From positions 62,001 through 126,000 of the forward strand of contig OZ025687.1 in assembly GCA_964019335.1 (NCBI GenBank): DNA of 64,000 nt, read 5' to 3'. Within the stretch, counting starts at the first letter, position 1; every line of letters starts with the position of its first letter. Shown piece after piece: positions 36,548-45,403 of the stretch. A program made the position numbers and the translations under genes. Source of the DNA: Diplonema japonicum. Its lineage: Eukaryota; Protista; Euglenozoa: Diplonemea. Below the pieces are notes generated by a model that did not search any database, was not told the DNA's origin, and was given only the letters and a program-made list of their open reading frames with translations.

Positions 36548-37838
36548 TTACTTGGAAAGGTATGAGTCGTCAAACAGTAGCTGGAGCTGGTAGGCACGGG
36601 AGATCAGCTCGCCCAGATCTCTGTCCGTCATGTGAGAGGTGGGGGGCTGCTGGAGGAACCTGTTCAAGAAAAAAAAATTACGCCCCCCCCCTTTTTTTTT
36701 CCGTTCAATCTCATACCCCATGAGACCCACGAAGTCCATCTTCTGGAGAAGCGGTGACCAGCCCTCCAAGAGAGCAACACAAATGTATCTATGAATTTCA
36801 AAAAAAAGGGGGGGGGGCCACATACACAAACAAATCGGGGAAGCCATCACCCTCGCAGATAAAAGTGTCCCAAAACCTGACAAGCAACGGCAGGGAGAAT
36901 TCCCGGACGAAGAGACAATTGATATACCGGAAGACAAACTGTATGGACATGACTTCGTTGGTACTCAGGTGTCGATACAGCAGTGGGTCTACCTGCTTCA
37001 GTAGCTGGTCGATCTTTGTCATTTTCGTCTGAATCCCAGGTTGGTGGTCAGTGTAGTGGTCTTGGATGTGGCTGAGAAGCGACGAGAAGCACCAGTAGGT
37101 ATCTGCCTCGATCATATCCAAGGGGAGGTCCTTCGCAGCAGCCTCAACATTCTTAAGCTTCCCTTTTGACAAGGTGCTCTCGGCAATGTACTCCGAGCTG
37201 AAGACGTACATGAAGGGGATGACAAGGTCGTTCATACCCTGCACGTACCCAGATGCAGGATGCCGTTGGGCCCATACCACTAGAATTCTTTCAATACATT
37301 CTTGCACCAATGGCAGCTGAAAGAATGCGATGTCCGGTGCTGTTCTTGGAACGTCCTTTTTTATCACCTTAACTGCATTTCTCATCCATTCTATGTCCAT
37401 CTCCTTCCCATGGTACTGTGACACGTAGTCTAGGTACTCCTGTCTTTTTCTCGCTAAATCTACTTCTCTTCTTTCTACATCTGTGCTCAGGTGGCCTAGC
37501 AACAGCCTCCAGCACCGTGGGCGGAGCGATGGGGGGATTCCGTTCCAGCACATTGCGCGTAGTCCCGAGTTTGTATTGCTGCCAAGTTCAACATTCTCTC
37601 TGTTTAAGTACTCCTCAAGTTTCTTGTCTTCGCTGTGGTTCTGCCCCGTGTTCGGTGCGCTGCCGTTCATTTTTCGTCTGCCGGGTTTTGACCTTTTGAT
37701 GAACGCCGTGACCTTGCCCCACGCACTGACATGCGGTGTGTCTTCCTCGTAGTCTTCCTCCCAGCTGTTTAGCACACGGGCGTCCTTTTGTTTTTTGCCG
37801 CCGAAGTATTCTTCGTGTAGTTGTACATCCTGGATCAT
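36548..37838 (-). CDS. GYP1: Rab GTPase-activating protein, TBC1D22/Gyp1 type; introns 36789-36825 and 36660-36716
   Basis: WNGIP..LR...W.LLLG, IKKDVPRT, HPASGYVQGMNDL, EADTYWC, QDHYT..QPGIQ, FRYINCLFVREF. Confidence 0.92.
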
Positions 37839-37978
37839 GCCCCTTCTAGAAAAAAAAAATGGTAGATGGGGGGGGAGAAAAAAAAATACAGACACTGCAA
37901 ACAAAAAAGGTGGGGGGTGTATGAATACTGCGGGAAAGGTGCTTTTTTTTTTTTTTTTTTTTTTTTTTTCCCCTTTCT

Positions 37979-38326
37979 TCAGTTGCCTGCACCACCTCTC
38001 AAACCAAACATTTGCTCCATCACTATGTTTTCCTTGTTTGTCGCAAAGAGCATGTTGTCCCCGACAAACAGTCGTTTGGACTCAGCATAGTCGACCACAC
38101 ACTTGTCGCGGCACACAGCGAACTGCACACCCTCAGAGTCCGCAAGGCACTGGTTGTGGCATGTGGTGTACTGTTTCGCATAGCTGCTGCCTTGGGTGTC
38201 ACCCACCTTTTTTTTTTTTTCTCTTTTTTTTTTCCCCCTGTTTGTTCTTTGTTCACATACTAATCTACGCCACTCCATTCGGTTCTCAGAATTCAGAGCT
38301 TCATGCTTCGCCGCAAGCTCTGCCAT
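37979..38326 (-). CDS. Small twin-CX3C protein (small Tim-like mitochondrial intermembrane-space chaperone), ~97 aa; intron 38207-38260
   Basis: CHNQC-x11-CRDKC in a short helical protein. The A-rich 54-nt GTATGT...AAAG segment is read as an intron. Confidence 0.6.
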   Translation of the reverse strand: MAELAAKHEALNSENRMEWRRLVCEQRTNRGKKKREKKKKVGDTQGSSYAKQYTTCHNQCLADSEGVQFAVCRDKCVVDYAESKRLFVGDNMLFATNKENIVMEQMFGLRGGAGN

Positions 38327-38549
38327 ATTGTTACTTTTCTTTTTTTTAAAGCCTTCTTTTTTTGTTTTTGTTTTTGTTAGCACCATGTAAAGAAAGAAAG
38401 CAGGAAAAAACAAATGGACAGTATTTTTTATTGTCGGATTTGGAAAAAAAAGTTTTTTTTCGGGAGGGGTCCTCGGCACGGAAGTACACGGTGGAATCCC
38501 CCCCCCCCCCCCCCCCCCCAGCCAATTATTTTGAGGGAATTCTGTTGAC

Positions 38550-38550
<1 letters not shown>

Positions 38551-38613
<63 letters not shown>
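38551..38613. repeat. 63-nt poly(A)/poly(T) homopolymer next to a long poly(C) run
   Basis: Seen directly. Confidence 0.95.
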
Positions 38614-38615
<2 letters not shown>

Positions 38616-38943
38616 ATCACCCTTTTCACAAGGGTAACAAAGAAACCCGGGAAGAAATGCGTCCTGCGCCTGTGATAAGGTTTCTCCCGATTTTCTTTAA
38701 CTCTTGTGGCCGTTTCTTTTGCACTCAGACCCACAGACCGGAGTGCAAAAAATTCGGAAACTCAATCGAGATTAAGAACAACTACAACAAAAAGAACAAC
38801 CGGTTACATTTCTATTTTGGCCAGGTCCGTGCAATCGCACTGAAGCTGTTTCCCCCCCCCTTCTTTTTCTTCTCTTCTCTCACTAAAGAAAAACTCGATA
38901 AAATTTCAGTGTGCATGGGGGTGCTCACTGTTCAGGTAGAAAT

Positions 38944-39600
38944 TCACACTAATCGGTCACCGTTCTGCGGTTGCTGTCTGGTGCCTGCGGTGGCTGTTTG
39001 TCGCGATGAGATGGACGGCATCTGGGCGAGAAACACTGCTTGGAGTCGTGCTAGGTAGGGGGGGGTTTGGCTCGAGGAGAAGAGTGGTCTCCTGTCGTAG
39101 CCGTGTGCCGTCGGGCCCCCAAGATGTCGAAGGGTATGCACCCTTGATTTGGCGTTGGCGGGGAAGGCTGACCTTCCACAGCGTGCTGAGCATTTCTGGA
39201 TGCGACCCAAGATGTATCGCATCCTTGCGGCCTTCTCCGTGAGCAGGTCCTGATCGTCGAGGGGACCTATGAGTGACCGGCGGGTGGTCTGCTCATAGTC
39301 TATGGCGAGTTCCATTGTAGTGACGGAAGTTTTCTTCTTACCATCGTACCATCGTAGGCCTCTTAGCCACTTGAGGACGTTCTTCAGATGAAAGGTCAGG
39401 ACCGCGCCTGACGCCCCGTTCGCCTTCAGCAACGCTTCCGTCGGAACATCATGTTGCCTCCCTGTCGTTACCTCATCCCAAGGGTTGGAGGTGAGCACTC
39501 TCTTGCTTTTTTCCGCTGCTCTGGCGTCACGGACCGTCACTACTTTCAGGAGGTATTGTTGCACCATCCTGGCACGTTCTTTCCCTGCTTTGTCCTCTTG
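38944..39600 (-). CDS. C-terminal domain of the retrotransposon pol protein, offset by a +1 frameshift near 39595-39600
   Basis: This frame is open from ~39602 (QEDKAGKERARMVQQYLLKVV...) and is homologous to the remnant at 34054-34545. Confidence 0.75.
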   Translation of the reverse strand, partial: QEDKAGKERARMVQQYLLKVVTVRDARAAEKSKRVLTSNPWDEVTTGRQHDVPTEALLKANGASGAVLTFHLKNVLKWLRGLRWYDGKKKTSVTTMELAIDYEQTTRRSLIGPLDDQDLLTEKAARMRYILGRIQKCSARCGRSAFPANAKSRVHTLRHLGGPTAHGYDRRPLFSSSQTPPYLARLQAVFLAQMPSISSRQTATAGTRQQPQNGDRLV

Positions 39601-42600
39601 GGACTATCCCGTGAAGGGCTGTGGCAGCTGGGAGGCCTTCTCGCTTCACCTCTGCGTATTGCTCGCTTTCCAACACACTCCTTGCCGGCTCGCACTCCCA
39701 CAGTGCATGCTCCGTCATGCTGGTCGTTGTCTGGGACCGGTGGTCGCAAACGTCACACGCTAATGCTGGGTTTTCCACACCAGGGCCATCCAATTTTCTC
39801 CCCCACACCCTCGGGTGAGTCGTGAACACTGCACCACTAATGATGCGCCGCAACCTAAAGGACACCAACGGTCTCCGGGCCTGGAGCTTTTTCCACCAAT
39901 AGTTCGTGGACGGGCACGCCCCTGCCTCCATCCCCACGAAGGTTGATCTCTTCTCGATCAGCCTCTTCGCAACTGCCGGTCTGATGGCTTGCCTCACTTT
40001 GTGAGCCACCGCTGTATCTCCGTGCAGGTCGGCCACAAAGGACCATCCCTTCCCCAGAAAGGGGAGCCATCTGTTCCGCAGGACTCCAATCGGACCCATC
40101 ACCTCATCGTCATCACGGTCCTGGTATAGACCAATGATCTCACCAACACGCTGCCGCAAACGCGGAGAGGCCAGGCTCTCCCGGACCAAGCTGTTTATCG
40201 TTCCGTAGATGACCTTCGACAGCGGATGTGCCGTATGCCCTGGCAGCAGAACGCTCAGTACAGACACGGGGTTTCTCATCCCGAACTGGGGGCCCCACAG
40301 GGAGACCACTGCCGCTGTACACATCTTCTTCAGCTGGTCGTCCGAGGGTGCCGCATACGTTGCTCCGTACAGACACGACGGTAGCACAGTGCTCGTCAAC
40401 ATCGTCGACTTGTTCTCAAACCCTAGTGGCAAAGCTCCGAGACGGGTCAGGCGTCCCTCCGCTGCGTCCAGCTTGTCCAGCCTGTGATTCCCATCCATGC
40501 TCAGGTTCACGCCAAGTGATTTGATCTCCCCAGCTACCTTGAACGAGGAACCGGTGCATACTAAACTAGGGCCGATCTCGTTTTTCGTCGAGAATCCCTG
40601 CGACTTCTTTCCGTTGAGGCGCATCTCTGTCCGGTCCCCGAACTCGATCACCTTGTTGGTCGCCCTTGTCAGGACCTCCGCTAAACGCGCCAGGAGGTAC
40701 ACGTCATCCGCGTACGAAAGTGACCAAGCTCCTGGTACTTCCGTCATCACGCACTTCACCATCACCGACACCAAGGCGTTCACCATGATTACCGAGATGG
40801 GGCACCCTTGCAGGATACCATTCGTCACTCGGAACTCTGAGCCAACACCTGTCGGGAAACGGAATCGCCGCTTCAGGTTCGCATACATAGCTTTCAAGGG
40901 GGTCAGTATCCGCTCGTGCAAACCGAGATCTTGCATCAGGCCAAAAGCTATCTGCTGTGGGACTCTGTCGAAGCACTTGACAAAATCCAACGCAATGCCG
41001 TTGAGAGGGGTGCCTGTCAACAGCGCCTCTTCGAGCTGTGTACTGAGCTCCATCAGAATGCTATCCGTGCCTCTCTTCGGTCTGAAACCATGCTGAGAGT
41101 CGTCGATCCACTTCTCTTGCCACAGCGTGATGTCACGCAGCCTCGCACATGCCCACAGCCGATAGACCGCGCTCGTGACTGTGATCGGCCGATGGTTCAG
41201 AGGAGTCCTCTCGCCACCCTTCGGGATCAACGTCACCAGCGCTGTCAGGAGTGCTTTCGGCCACTTCCCTGTCGTCTCGACTGCGTTGAACAGCTCGGCC
41301 CAAGCATCCAGCAGTACTACCGGCATGGCACGCAGTTCCGCCATCCTCCATCCATCCACCCCTGGAGCCGTTCTCGTTGACTTCTTGGCCAACACCGCCC
41401 TCAGATCCTCTCCTGTAAGTGGTCGAAGTTCCATCTTCTGCGACACGATGTACTCCCTGTACCTCGTTCTAAAGGCGTTGTACTGCGGCTCTCCTCGATC
41501 CCCACCGTACAGCTGAAAAATAGGGTCCCACTCCTTGTGCATCATCTTGTCCATCTCTTCAAGATCTGCCGTGAGAACCCCGTCGCCTTCCACTGCCTGC
41601 GTTGCTGATGCCGTTGTGCCCTTCACGAAGGCGGTCACCCTCTTCCGTTCCTCCTTGAAGTGGGTGTTGATCCTCTCTTCATACTTCCTTTCACGCTCGA
41701 CCCTCGCGTCCTTTGCGATCACTCGCGCCAGAGCGGACAGGTCGTCGTCTAGGCGTTGAAGTTTGATGATAATCGTTTCAAAATTGTCCTTCATCAGACC
41801 CACCTCGCATCTCGGAAGCTGCGGGAGCTTCGCTAACACCTTTATAGCATTCGCCCAAGTCCTCAGCAGCTGCTCCGGCATGTTGCTTGCTAGTCCCCTG
41901 TCGAGCAAATCTTGGACGCCCGCAAGGATGTGCGAGACTTTCCGCTTCACCTCGGCGATGCACTTCTGCCAGCCCACTGCCGCACCTGTCGCCTCAACCA
42001 CAGATTTCGCCGACAGGCACTTCTCCTTTGGTTGTCGCGCCACGCTTCTCCCGACGTAGGCCCTCCGTCTCACCGCTGGCAGGTCCCCGATGCAGCATTC
42101 CTCCGAAACGCACGCTAACGTACTATACGCATCGTCAATGTCGCCGTCGCCCAGCTTCTGCGCAAATCCCCCGACCTGTAGCAGCTCAGCAACTCGGTCA
42201 CCATCAGCAGCTTCCATCGGCAACTCCCTCGGGACGAAGTATTTCCTCGTCATGCACTTGAGGGCCGGGATCCGGAGCTGGATTGAGAGGCAGCGGTGCT
42301 CGTTGGTGTAGACTGCGTCGTGTACCCACACCTTCTGTAGGCCTGCCGCCGCGATCGGGTTCAGCAGAACGTAGTCGATACGCGTCTTCGTGTTGGTGGC
42401 CTGCCTGGCAAAGGTGTGGCATGGTTCCACGCCATCCCTCTCGGCTTGCAGCATAGCAGCATCCACCCAATCGCTCCCCACCGCCTGTTGTAGCACTCCC
42501 GACTGTGACACCGCGGTGTTGAAATCGCCTGCCACGATGATCGGTACGTCACCGAGGACGCATCTCATCTTGTTCAGGACCTTATCCAGCAGAGCCTCCC

Positions 42601-43057
42601 GCTGGTGCTTGCCGTGACCGCCCGAGTGACAGTAGACTACGATCAGGTGTAACCACATATCTCGACCATCTAGGTTGATCATCGAGTGTACCCACCTGTT
42701 GTCGTCAGCTCTTCCTGCCGTATCTTTTACCAGAGCAGGTCGGCGTCGCTGCACCAGCAGACCCACCCCGCCCCTCTTCGCCTTATCAGGAGACGCGAGT
42801 CCATCGACCACGATGCCTGGTTGCGGGCTCCCCCACAACGCGCGATACCTACCGTCGTCCTCGACGTGTCTCCCAACCATCTCCTGACCGTGCTCCGTCA
42901 GCTTCACTTCCTGCAGGCATGTCACGTCGCTCCCCATAGCCAGGACCTCGTCAACCTTGTTGCTCAGGGACCCCACATTGAGTGTGGTGATTATGAGCGA
43001 ATCGGGGTCCCTGGCGCCACCCGACTGGACGTCCCTCCGGACGTCCCAGTCCGCACT
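39527..43057 (-). CDS. Retrotransposon pol region: apurinic-like endonuclease, reverse transcriptase and CCHC-type finger; no AUG upstream of the APE domain start
   Basis: APE: IITTLNV, CLQE, AGDFN, TRIDY, EH. RT: APGVDG, LIPK, HRPI, QHGFR, LDFVKCFDRV, GILQGCPIS, YADD. Finger: CDVC...EHALWEC. Frame open right up to the ORF1 stop. Confidence 0.95.
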   Translation of the reverse strand, partial: SADWDVRRDVQSGGARDPDSLIITTLNVGSLSNKVDEVLAMGSDVTCLQEVKLTEHGQEMVGRHVEDDGRYRALWGSPQPGIVVDGLASPDKAKRGGVGLLVQRRRPALVKDTAGRADDNRWVHSMINLDGRDMWLHLIVVYCHSGGHGKHQREALLDKVLNKMRCVLGDVPIIVAGDFNTAVSQSGVLQQAVGSDWVDAAMLQAERDGVEPCHTFARQATNTKTRIDYVLLNPIAAAGLQKVWVHDAVYTNEHRCLSIQLRIPALKCMTRKYFVPRELPMEAADGDRVAELLQVGGFAQKLGDGDIDDAYSTLACVSEECCIGDLPAVRRRAYVGRSVARQPKEKCLSAKSVVEATGAAVGWQKCIAEVKRKVSHILAGVQDLLDRGLASNMPEQLLRTWANAIKVLAKLPQLPRCEVGLMKDNFETIIIKLQRLDDDLSALARVIAKDARVERERKYEERINTHFKEERKRVTAFVKGTTASATQAVEGDGVLTADLEEMDKMMHKEWDPIFQLYGGDRGEPQYNAFRTRYREYIVSQKMELRPLTGEDLRAVLAKKSTRTAPGVDGWRMAELRAMPVVLLDAWAELFNAVETTGKWPKALLTALVTLIPKGGERTPLNHRPITVTSAVYRLWACARLRDITLWQEKWIDDSQHGFRPKRGTDSILMELSTQLEEALLTGTPLNGIALDFVKCFDRVPQQIAFGLMQDLGLHERILTPLKAMYANLKRRFRFPTGVGSEFRVTNGILQGCPISVIMVNALVSVMVKCVMTEVPGAWSLSYADDVYLLARLAEVLTRATNKVIEFGDRTEMRLNGKKSQGFSTKNEIGPSLVCTGSSFKVAGEIKSLGVNLSMDGNHRLDKLDAAEGRLTRLGALPLGFENKSTMLTSTVLPSCLYGATYAAPSDDQLKKMCTAAVVSLWGPQFGMRNPVSVLSVLLPGHTAHPLSKVIYGTINSLVRESLASPRLRQRVGEIIGLYQDRDDDEVMGPIGVLRNRWLPFLGKGWSFVADLHGDTAVAHKVRQAIRPAVAKRLIEKRSTFVGMEAGACPSTNYWWKKLQARRPLVSFRLRRIISGAVFTTHPRVWGRKLDGPGVENPALACDVCDHRSQTTTSMTEHALWECEPARSVLESEQYAEVKREGLPAATALHGIVPRGQSRERTCQDGATIPPESSDGP

Positions 43058-43060
43058 TCA
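43023..43060 (-). promoter_or_regulatory. UGA plus 6-nt spacer plus 12-bp hairpin: candidate stop-codon readthrough signal
   Basis: Sense strand UGA AGUGCG GACUGG(G)ACGUCC GGAG GGACGUCCAGUC lies between the in-frame ORF1 and pol. Confidence 0.6.
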
Positions 43061-45388
43061 ATTGAACTCGGTGTCGATGTCCTGGACAGCCAGGGGGGCG
43101 ACCATCGGGGTTAGCTGCTGCTGCACAGGTGTCCCGCCAGCTGCCGCGGCACAAAGGGGGGTGCTGTTGGGCATGATCATCGGCGTCATCTCCCTGCCTA
43201 TTCCAGCGGTGGGGACAAGGGCACCTGAGGCCGCTTTCTTGTTGCCCGGCTCGTCCTCGCACTTCCTCTTCCCGCCTGTCTTCCTTGCCGCTTTCGCCTG
43301 TGCCTGCATCTCCTTTTGGATTGAGCCCACCGCCTGTGCGAGGTTGTTCACCGCAGAAGCAATCACGTCCAATTGCTCCAGACGTGCAGCCATCACTCCC
43401 ATCTGCTCGCTCAGCGTTTGCACGTTCTGTTGCACGGACATCAACAGGTTGGCCGTCGACGCGTTCTTCCTCTCCATGTCGACGAGCCGGGCCTCCATGG
43501 TCTTCCTCTCCTGTTCGTTCTCCAGTTCCATCCTTCGCGCCCATTCCACGAACTGGTCGGTGGATGCGGTACCGGAGGTCGCAGATGGCGGTGCCGACGC
43601 CGGCGCCTGCATCACCGGTGTCGTCTGCGGTTTGCAGAAATGCGTCGACTGCCCAGACTGCTGCGCTTGCCCAGGCTGCTGTGTCTCGGTCGCTTGTGGT
43701 TGAGGTTGAACTCCCGGTTGGGGTGCTGCAGTTGGATTCGGTGCTGGCCCAGCTTGTCTTCCCCACACGGCGTTCGGCGGCAAGGTGAAGACCGGCGTGT
43801 TCTTCACCTCCTTCTTCTTCTTATTCTTGCCCACCCTCAGCAGGTCCCCTTCCATCGGCTGGATGGCCCACCTCACTCCCTGGACTGTCAACACCAAGCT
43901 CCTTGGTTCGGTCGTCGCAGTCACCACCCACGTCTGTCTGCCACCATGCCTGTGCAGCTTCTTCCTCACCGTTGCTGGCCACCCGGAACGGCTCAGCTTG
44001 CCCTCGAGCTCCAGCCCGTTCATTGCTACCGGGACTCCCTGCACCTCGTAGTGGGCACCCTCCAGCAGGTCTACGGCGGTCGCTGTTGTCTTCAGATCTG
44101 CATGGCGGTCCTTGAGGATCTGCCTTGCGGTGTTGAGTCCGTCCTTTGGCACCCGAACGCCGTACGTGACAGTCTTGCTCGATTTTTTCAGGGTCAAACC
44201 CCATCCGCCGATGTCATTCTTCATCTTCAGGGCAACCTTCAGAGCCGTGTTCTCCAGCCAGATCACTGGCAGCAGGTCACGCGCCTCCCAAGGCTGCCTG
44301 ACGAAAACGCCGTCCTCTCCGCTGCGCGTTAGGATCGCCTTAACGTCTTCCTTCTTTACCGTGATCGGTATTTCTAAAATACCGTCCTTCTTTCTGCCCC
44401 TCTTAGCGAGGTACCTCCCTGCGCGTTCTCTCAGCCATGCCAGCAGACGCGGCCGAGCTTTCTCGGCGTCCTGCGTCGTCTGCGCCAGGAGAAAAAGCTC
44501 TGCAGTGCACGTGGGCTCAGGCTCCTTCTCCTCCGTCTCCTCCATGTCCTCGACAGTCTCGCTAGTGGGCATTGCCGGGTCGCCGTGCCTTGCCGTCACG
44601 TACAGGCGCCTGTACGTCTTGCCACGTCCCTCGTTTGTCACCAGGAGGACCTCCGCCATCTTACCGCAGAAGTAGGGTAATCGTCCCCAGGAAACCACCG
44701 TCGCCGCTGCCGTCCCCTTCAGCCACTCTGCCGCCTGTCGCTCATCACCCTGCGGCACCAGGTACACCGCGCGCTCTTGCACCGTCTCCGGGCCCTGCCA
44801 CTCCTGCACGTGGACCTGCCACTCATCTCCATCGAGGCACCCCTCGACGGGCTTGCGTACTTCTTTCTTCTCGGGCTTCGAACCACCCTTGGCCACGCTG
44901 CGTAGAGGAATGGGGTATCTCGGCCTCGGCTCATACTCATCTGCGTCCGGCTTCCTCGCTCCTTCCTCCCTGCTGAGACACACGTAGTGGTCTCTCACAT
45001 ACCCTAGCCACAGCTCCTGTGTGGTCACCATCCCACCCACCGGCCTGGAGGTGGTGCACACCAGGCGGTCGTCCTGGACCGCGTACACACAGATCACGCG
45101 GCCCATGGCTCGCGCCAGGGCATTCACCGCCATCCGGTCTCCCCACGTCCCCGGAAGAGCCACCAGCCGCTGGTACTCCTTCCACGCCCCCTCCGGGTCC
45201 TCTCCAATCATGAAGGACGAGAAGTCCTTCGTCGCCAGGTCTGCCGCCACTGCCTCCCTTAGGGCAGCGGCCCCGTCTCGCGCTCCGTGCACCGCGTATG
45301 AGGCTGCCTCATACAAGCAGTCTCCCGGCCTCCTCCCCACGTCTTGGACCTTCCAGCCCATCCCCAGCCTGCCGGCTAGGTCGCCCAC
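43058..45388 (-). CDS. Retrotransposon ORF1: N-terminal OTU-like cysteine protease, central globular domain, Gln/Pro linker, coiled coil
   Basis: OTU-like pattern GDCLYEA...LREAVA...WGD...ALA...ICVY...LGYVRDHY. The frame is open from 45520 and the first AUG is at 45361. Confidence 0.85.
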   Translation of the reverse strand: MGDLAGRLGMGWKVQDVGRRPGDCLYEAASYAVHGARDGAAALREAVAADLATKDFSSFMIGEDPEGAWKEYQRLVALPGTWGDRMAVNALARAMGRVICVYAVQDDRLVCTTSRPVGGMVTTQELWLGYVRDHYVCLSREEGARKPDADEYEPRPRYPIPLRSVAKGGSKPEKKEVRKPVEGCLDGDEWQVHVQEWQGPETVQERAVYLVPQGDERQAAEWLKGTAAATVVSWGRLPYFCGKMAEVLLVTNEGRGKTYRRLYVTARHGDPAMPTSETVEDMEETEEKEPEPTCTAELFLLAQTTQDAEKARPRLLAWLRERAGRYLAKRGRKKDGILEIPITVKKEDVKAILTRSGEDGVFVRQPWEARDLLPVIWLENTALKVALKMKNDIGGWGLTLKKSSKTVTYGVRVPKDGLNTARQILKDRHADLKTTATAVDLLEGAHYEVQGVPVAMNGLELEGKLSRSGWPATVRKKLHRHGGRQTWVVTATTEPRSLVLTVQGVRWAIQPMEGDLLRVGKNKKKKEVKNTPVFTLPPNAVWGRQAGPAPNPTAAPQPGVQPQPQATETQQPGQAQQSGQSTHFCKPQTTPVMQAPASAPPSATSGTASTDQFVEWARRMELENEQERKTMEARLVDMERKNASTANLLMSVQQNVQTLSEQMGVMAARLEQLDVIASAVNNLAQAVGSIQKEMQAQAKAARKTGGKRKCEDEPGNKKAASGALVPTAGIGREMTPMIMPNSTPLCAAAAGGTPVQQQLTPMVAPLAVQDIDTEFN

Positions 45389-45403
45389 CGCTTCTCCTTG
45401 CCT

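Noticed and set aside
43023-43060. Selenocysteine insertion at the UGA
   Set aside because: Eukaryotic SECIS elements lie in 3' UTRs, the position is a non-catalytic linker, and no SECIS core was recognised.
42951-43766. 271-aa alternative-frame ORF overlapping the ORF1 end as a frameshift route into pol
   Set aside because: ORF1 and pol are already in the same frame, and this ORF has no motifs and stops inside the APE domain.
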